Part shown: positions 22,519 through 25,392 of the stretch, piece after piece
How the letters are laid out: each line of letters opens with the position of its first letter
Position numbering within the stretch: position 1 is the stretch's first letter
From: Candidatus Polarisedimenticolia bacterium
GTDB lineage: Bacteria; Acidobacteriota; Polarisedimenticolia; Gp22-AA2; AA152
Direction of reading: 5' to 3'
NCBI GenBank assembly: GCA_035764505.1
Contig: DASTZC010000038.1
Span: 1 to 25,392 of the forward strand
DNA length: 25,392 nt
The notes under the pieces: generated by a model
The model's database searches: none
The model's input: only the letters and a program-made list of their open reading frames with translations
Told to the model about the DNA's origin: nothing
Position numbers and translations under genes: made by a program

Positions 22519-23457
22519 CTACCGCATGAACCGGACGCCGGACGGATGGTTGGAGCCATGAATCTGCGAATGGCAGTTCATGCACCCCTTGTCGAACATC
22601 CGGCTGTTCGGAAAGAACTCGGGCGCCGAGCTGGCGTCGGAGTAAGGCTGCGTCGGATGGCGGGTCTCGTCGTGGCACTGCTGGCAGAGTCGCGGCAGCT
22701 TGGCGACCAGCAGCCGCGGATGGAGCGAGCCGTGCGGGTCGTGGCAGTTGGCGCAGTTCTCCTTCACCGGCGGGTGCTCCCAGAGGAACGGGGCCCGCTT
22801 CTCGGCGTGGCAGGAGAAGCAGTTCTCGACCACCGAGTTCTGGCGCAGCATGGACGGGCCCGGCCCGCCGTGCACGTTGTGGCAGGACGAGCAGGTCATC
22901 TGCTTCTCGCGCAGCGGCATGTGGGCCGAGCGCATGAGCGACGCCTTGCGCCGCAGGTGGCAGCTGGTGCAGGTGTCGAACTCGGTGGCCTTGGCGAACA
23001 GGAAGGGCGCCGGCTCCCCCTGCTGGTGGATCTTGTGGCAGTTCAGGCAGGACAAATTGCGCGTCTCGTGCGGGCTCCCGAGCCAGCGGGTGTGTTCTTC
23101 GCCGCGCCCGTGGCAGGTGAGGCAGACGGCGTTCAGCTCCGTGGCGGAGAGCTTTCCGGGATTGCGGATGTCCTTCTTGTCGCCCGACTCCATGTGGGCC
23201 GTGCCGGAGCCGTGGCAGGTCTCGCAGGCATGGTGCCCGTCCCAGTCGGCGATCCCCGTCTTGCCGTGCGGGTTGAGCTTGAAGTTCTTCGCCTGGTCTT
23301 CGTGGCAGGCCCCGCAATCCGCCATCTCCGCCTTGACCGTGGGCGGCGGCGCCGCCGCCGTGCCTTCCTGTCCCTTGCTCGGGGATGACGAGACGGCCAC
23401 GATGCCCAGGAGGATCAGGGGCACGCCAGCCAAGTCTAACCATCGGCACATGCGCAT
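22519..23457 (-). CDS. Periplasmic decaheme c-type cytochrome (MtrA/DmsE/MtoA/PioA family).
   Basis: There are ten CXXCH motifs: CGACH, CETCH, CLTCH, CLNCH, CTSCH, CSSCH, CFSCH, CANCH, CQQCH and CMNCH. The product is about 312 aa, matching the MtrA/MtoA size. The signal peptide is MRMCRWLDLAGVPLILLGIVAVSS, the start is the ATG at 23457, and GAGGAG lies 7 nt upstream. The six-frame ORF begins at a GTG at 23472. Confidence 0.85.
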   Translation of the reverse strand: MRMCRWLDLAGVPLILLGIVAVSSSPSKGQEGTAAAPPPTVKAEMADCGACHEDQAKNFKLNPHGKTGIADWDGHHACETCHGSGTAHMESGDKKDIRNPGKLSATELNAVCLTCHGRGEEHTRWLGSPHETRNLSCLNCHKIHQQGEPAPFLFAKATEFDTCTSCHLRRKASLMRSAHMPLREKQMTCSSCHNVHGGPGPSMLRQNSVVENCFSCHAEKRAPFLWEHPPVKENCANCHDPHGSLHPRLLVAKLPRLCQQCHDETRHPTQPYSDASSAPEFFPNSRMFDKGCMNCHSQIHGSNHPSGVRFMR

Positions 23458-23849
23458 CGCTCGGCTCCTCACAGCTTGCCGGATAGAGAGGGTGACTTGG
23501 GTTGGATGGAACAGCTTGAATTGTGCGTCAAGGCCCTGCCGATCGCCGGAATCGAGCGGTTGGGACGAGACTGAACAGACAACTGCAACGAATGAGCGTC
23601 TGTTGTGACCTTGCTTCCTGCAAACCCTGGGGGAAAGAGCGGGGTGAATCCTAGGATCGGAACGTGAAGCTTGTCAAACGATTTCTTGTGAGGAGTGAGG
23701 AAGGCTCGAAGAGAGATCAGCGGCTTCCCGCCTTCCCCACGGCACTTTTCCGCGCTCCTTCCTCTCTCCTCCAGCAAAATCTTCGCTTCCCGCACGCCTG
23801 ATTTGAGTCCCGGATGAGGATCAAAACCCTTGCGGGAGCAATCCGCCTG

Positions 23850-24278
23850 TCACGAAATCAGGATCTCGCGGCCCATGACGCGGCGCATCGTCTCGGAGGC
23901 GAAGATCCGATCGTGGCGCGCGATGTCGGCCAGGCTGATCACCCCGATCGGGTGGCCGGCCGTGTCCTGCACCAGGATGCGGGACTTGCGATTGTTCGCC
24001 ATCAGCCCCTCGACGTGCCGGAGATCATCGTCGATGCGGCACGAAAGCACCTGGTGCGTCATGACTTCGGTCACCGGAGTGCGCCTGGCATCGATCCCGA
24101 CCGCGCAGGCGCGCAGCGCGAGATCCCGATCGGTCACGACCCCCACGGTCACCCCTTCAGCGTCGCAGACCGGCAGAAATCCGACGTTGGCATCGCGCAT
24201 CTTCAGGGCCACGATCTGGATGGTGTCGTTTACCTTGCAGAAGACGATTTCCCGGCTGAGGATTTGCTGGCACCTCAT
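23850..24278 (-). CDS. CBS-pair (tandem CBS domain) protein.
   Basis: The 142-aa product has two CBS-like repeats (KVNDTIQIVALKMRDANVGFLPVCDAEGVTVGVVTDRDL and VMTHQVLSCRIDDDLRHVEGLMANNRKSRILVQDTAGHPIGVISLADI) and no other domain. Confidence 0.7.
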   Translation of the reverse strand: MRCQQILSREIVFCKVNDTIQIVALKMRDANVGFLPVCDAEGVTVGVVTDRDLALRACAVGIDARRTPVTEVMTHQVLSCRIDDDLRHVEGLMANNRKSRILVQDTAGHPIGVISLADIARHDRIFASETMRRVMGREILIS

Positions 24279-24571
24279 GGCGTTTACCTCCCCGCGCGCC
24301 GGTGGGCGCGCGTCGGTCGATGGGTGTGTCCTTCCACGCCTTGACAGTGCAAGCGATGTGCCGGGTCAAGGAAAACCGGGAGGGAAGGGATGAGCGAAAC
24401 GCCGATGGGGCGACCGAAAACGATCGCCCTCGAAGCGATCGATCGACTTGGAAGCATCGGGTTTTCTTGGAATTCCCCGTTGCGTCCCGCAGGGAGACGG
24501 GCTAGGATGGGCTCGCCCGACGCGCCGATCCCATCCACGGCCCGGGCCGCTCTCGAGCCGGAGAACAGCTG

Positions 24572-25392
24572 ATGGCGCAAGCCGCCGCCCTGGCGACCGA
24601 CAAGAGCACGGGGTTTGTCCGGGGCCTCGGACTTCTCGACTCCACCATGATCGTCGCCGGATCGATGATCGGATCCGGCATCTTCATCGTCTCCGCCGAC
24701 ATCGCGCGCCAGGTCGGCTCCGCCGGCTGGCTGCTGATGGCCTGGGTCGTCACCGGGCTTCTCACCATCACCGCGGCCCTGTCGTACGGCGAGCTGGCCG
24801 CCATGTTCCCGCACGCCGGCGGCCAGTATGTCTACCTGCGCGAGGCCTACTCGCCGCTGTGGGGGTTCCTCTATGGATGGACGATGTTCCTGGTGATCCA
24901 GACCGGGACGATCGCTGCGGTGGCGGTCGGCTTCGCCCGCTTCCTTGGCGTCCTCTTCCCGGCGATCTCGCCGAGCCGCTTCATCCTGGGGCCGATCGAC
25001 CTTTCCGACAGCTACGCCATCAGCCTGTCGACCCAGCAGCTCGTGGGCATCCTGAGCCTGATCCTCCTGACCTGGCTGAACACCCGCGGCTTGAAGCTCG
25101 GAAAGATCATCCAGAACGTCTTCACGTCGGCCAAGACGCTGTCGCTGATCGCCCTCATCCTCCTCGGAATCCTGGTCGGGCGGAACGCGGCGGCCGTCAG
25201 CGCGAATTTCAGCTCGATGTGGACGCCCACCAGCGCCAACGAGATCCGGCCCGATTTCTCCTTCGTCCCGGCGGTCACCGCGGCGATGGGAGGCTTCGGG
25301 CTGCTGGTGGCCTTCTGCGTGGCGCAGGTCGGCTCGCTGTTCTCGGCCGATGCCTGGAACAACATCACCTTCACCGCCGGCGAGGTGAAGGA
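24572..25392 (+). CDS. APC-superfamily amino acid permease, truncated at the 3' end of the window.
   Basis: From the ATG at 24572 the frame stays open to the window end. MAQAAALATDKSTGFVRGLGLLDSTMIVAGSMIGSGIF... gives a complete transmembrane helix 1 with the GSGIF motif. It is a paralog of 7791..9092 (GGQYVYLREAY versus GGQYAFFREAF). Confidence 0.7.
   Translation, partial: MAQAAALATDKSTGFVRGLGLLDSTMIVAGSMIGSGIFIVSADIARQVGSAGWLLMAWVVTGLLTITAALSYGELAAMFPHAGGQYVYLREAYSPLWGFLYGWTMFLVIQTGTIAAVAVGFARFLGVLFPAISPSRFILGPIDLSDSYAISLSTQQLVGILSLILLTWLNTRGLKLGKIIQNVFTSAKTLSLIALILLGILVGRNAAAVSANFSSMWTPTSANEIRPDFSFVPAVTAAMGGFGLLVAFCVAQVGSLFSADAWNNITFTAGEVK

Noticed and set aside
20371-23388. A 1005-aa plus-strand ORF overlapping the MtrB-like and decaheme cytochrome genes.
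   Set aside because: It is an antisense shadow ORF with a G/R/V/A-rich low-complexity product. The minus-strand frames carry signal peptides, CXXCH motifs and beta-barrel patterns.
22379-23449. A 356-aa alternative minus-strand frame over the cytochrome gene.
   Set aside because: It is out of frame with the CXXCH-bearing ORF, and the product is low-complexity.
23469-23795. A 108-aa minus-strand ORF in the leader region upstream of the cytochrome gene.
   Set aside because: It overlaps the cytochrome start, has no SD and no recognisable features. The region is better interpreted as a non-coding leader.
1-25392. CRISPR arrays, IS elements/transposases, integrases, tRNA or rRNA genes.
   Set aside because: I saw no repeat-spacer periodicity, no transposase or integrase-like ORF and no tRNA-like cloverleaf candidates. 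The only low-GC patch (9390-9779) is a single small ORF without flanking repeats.

Overview
This is a high-GC (about 65-70%) bacterial chromosomal window, gene-dense on both strands, with no rRNA, tRNA, CRISPR or obvious transposase. In high GC the six-frame track contains many long shadow ORFs on the opposite strand, which I ignore. The composition and gene content resemble Acidobacteria or Myxococcota-like genomes, but the sequence alone cannot confirm that.

Features supported, in order along the window:
- A DUF1684 protein.
- A convergent pspC-terB mini-operon.
- A PduO-type corrinoid adenosyltransferase.
- A sulfate-type ABC importer (Sbp-like binding protein, a single permease, and an ATPase unusually fused to a TOBE domain plus two universal-stress-protein domains), with overlapping start/stop codons.
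- An aminotransferase coupled by an ATGA overlap to an APC-family amino-acid permease.
- A divergent intergenic region carrying two GC-rich imperfect palindromes.
- A compositionally atypical three-gene module: a low-GC orphan ORF, a ParB-like nuclease-domain protein and a Cys-rich zinc-ribbon protein.
- A dicarboxylate/amino-acid:cation symporter.
- A 1004-aa protein combining an N-terminal SPFH/band-7 domain, an alkaline-phosphatase-superfamily phosphodiesterase core and C-terminal TPR repeats.
- A GIDE-domain protein paired with LemA.
- Two tandem paralogous outer-membrane beta-barrels (porin/MOMP-like).
- A porin-cytochrome electron conduit: a periplasmic decaheme c-type cytochrome (10 CXXCH, MtrA/MtoA/PioA-like) immediately upstream of an 814-aa MtrB/PioB-family outer-membrane barrel, ended by a clear intrinsic terminator.
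- A stand-alone CBS-pair protein and a second, 3'-truncated APC permease.

The most interesting element is the MtoAB/PioAB-like extracellular electron-transfer module. It has a long AT-richer leader, no partner cytochrome or quinol oxidase in the window, and sits next to the duplicated barrel genes.
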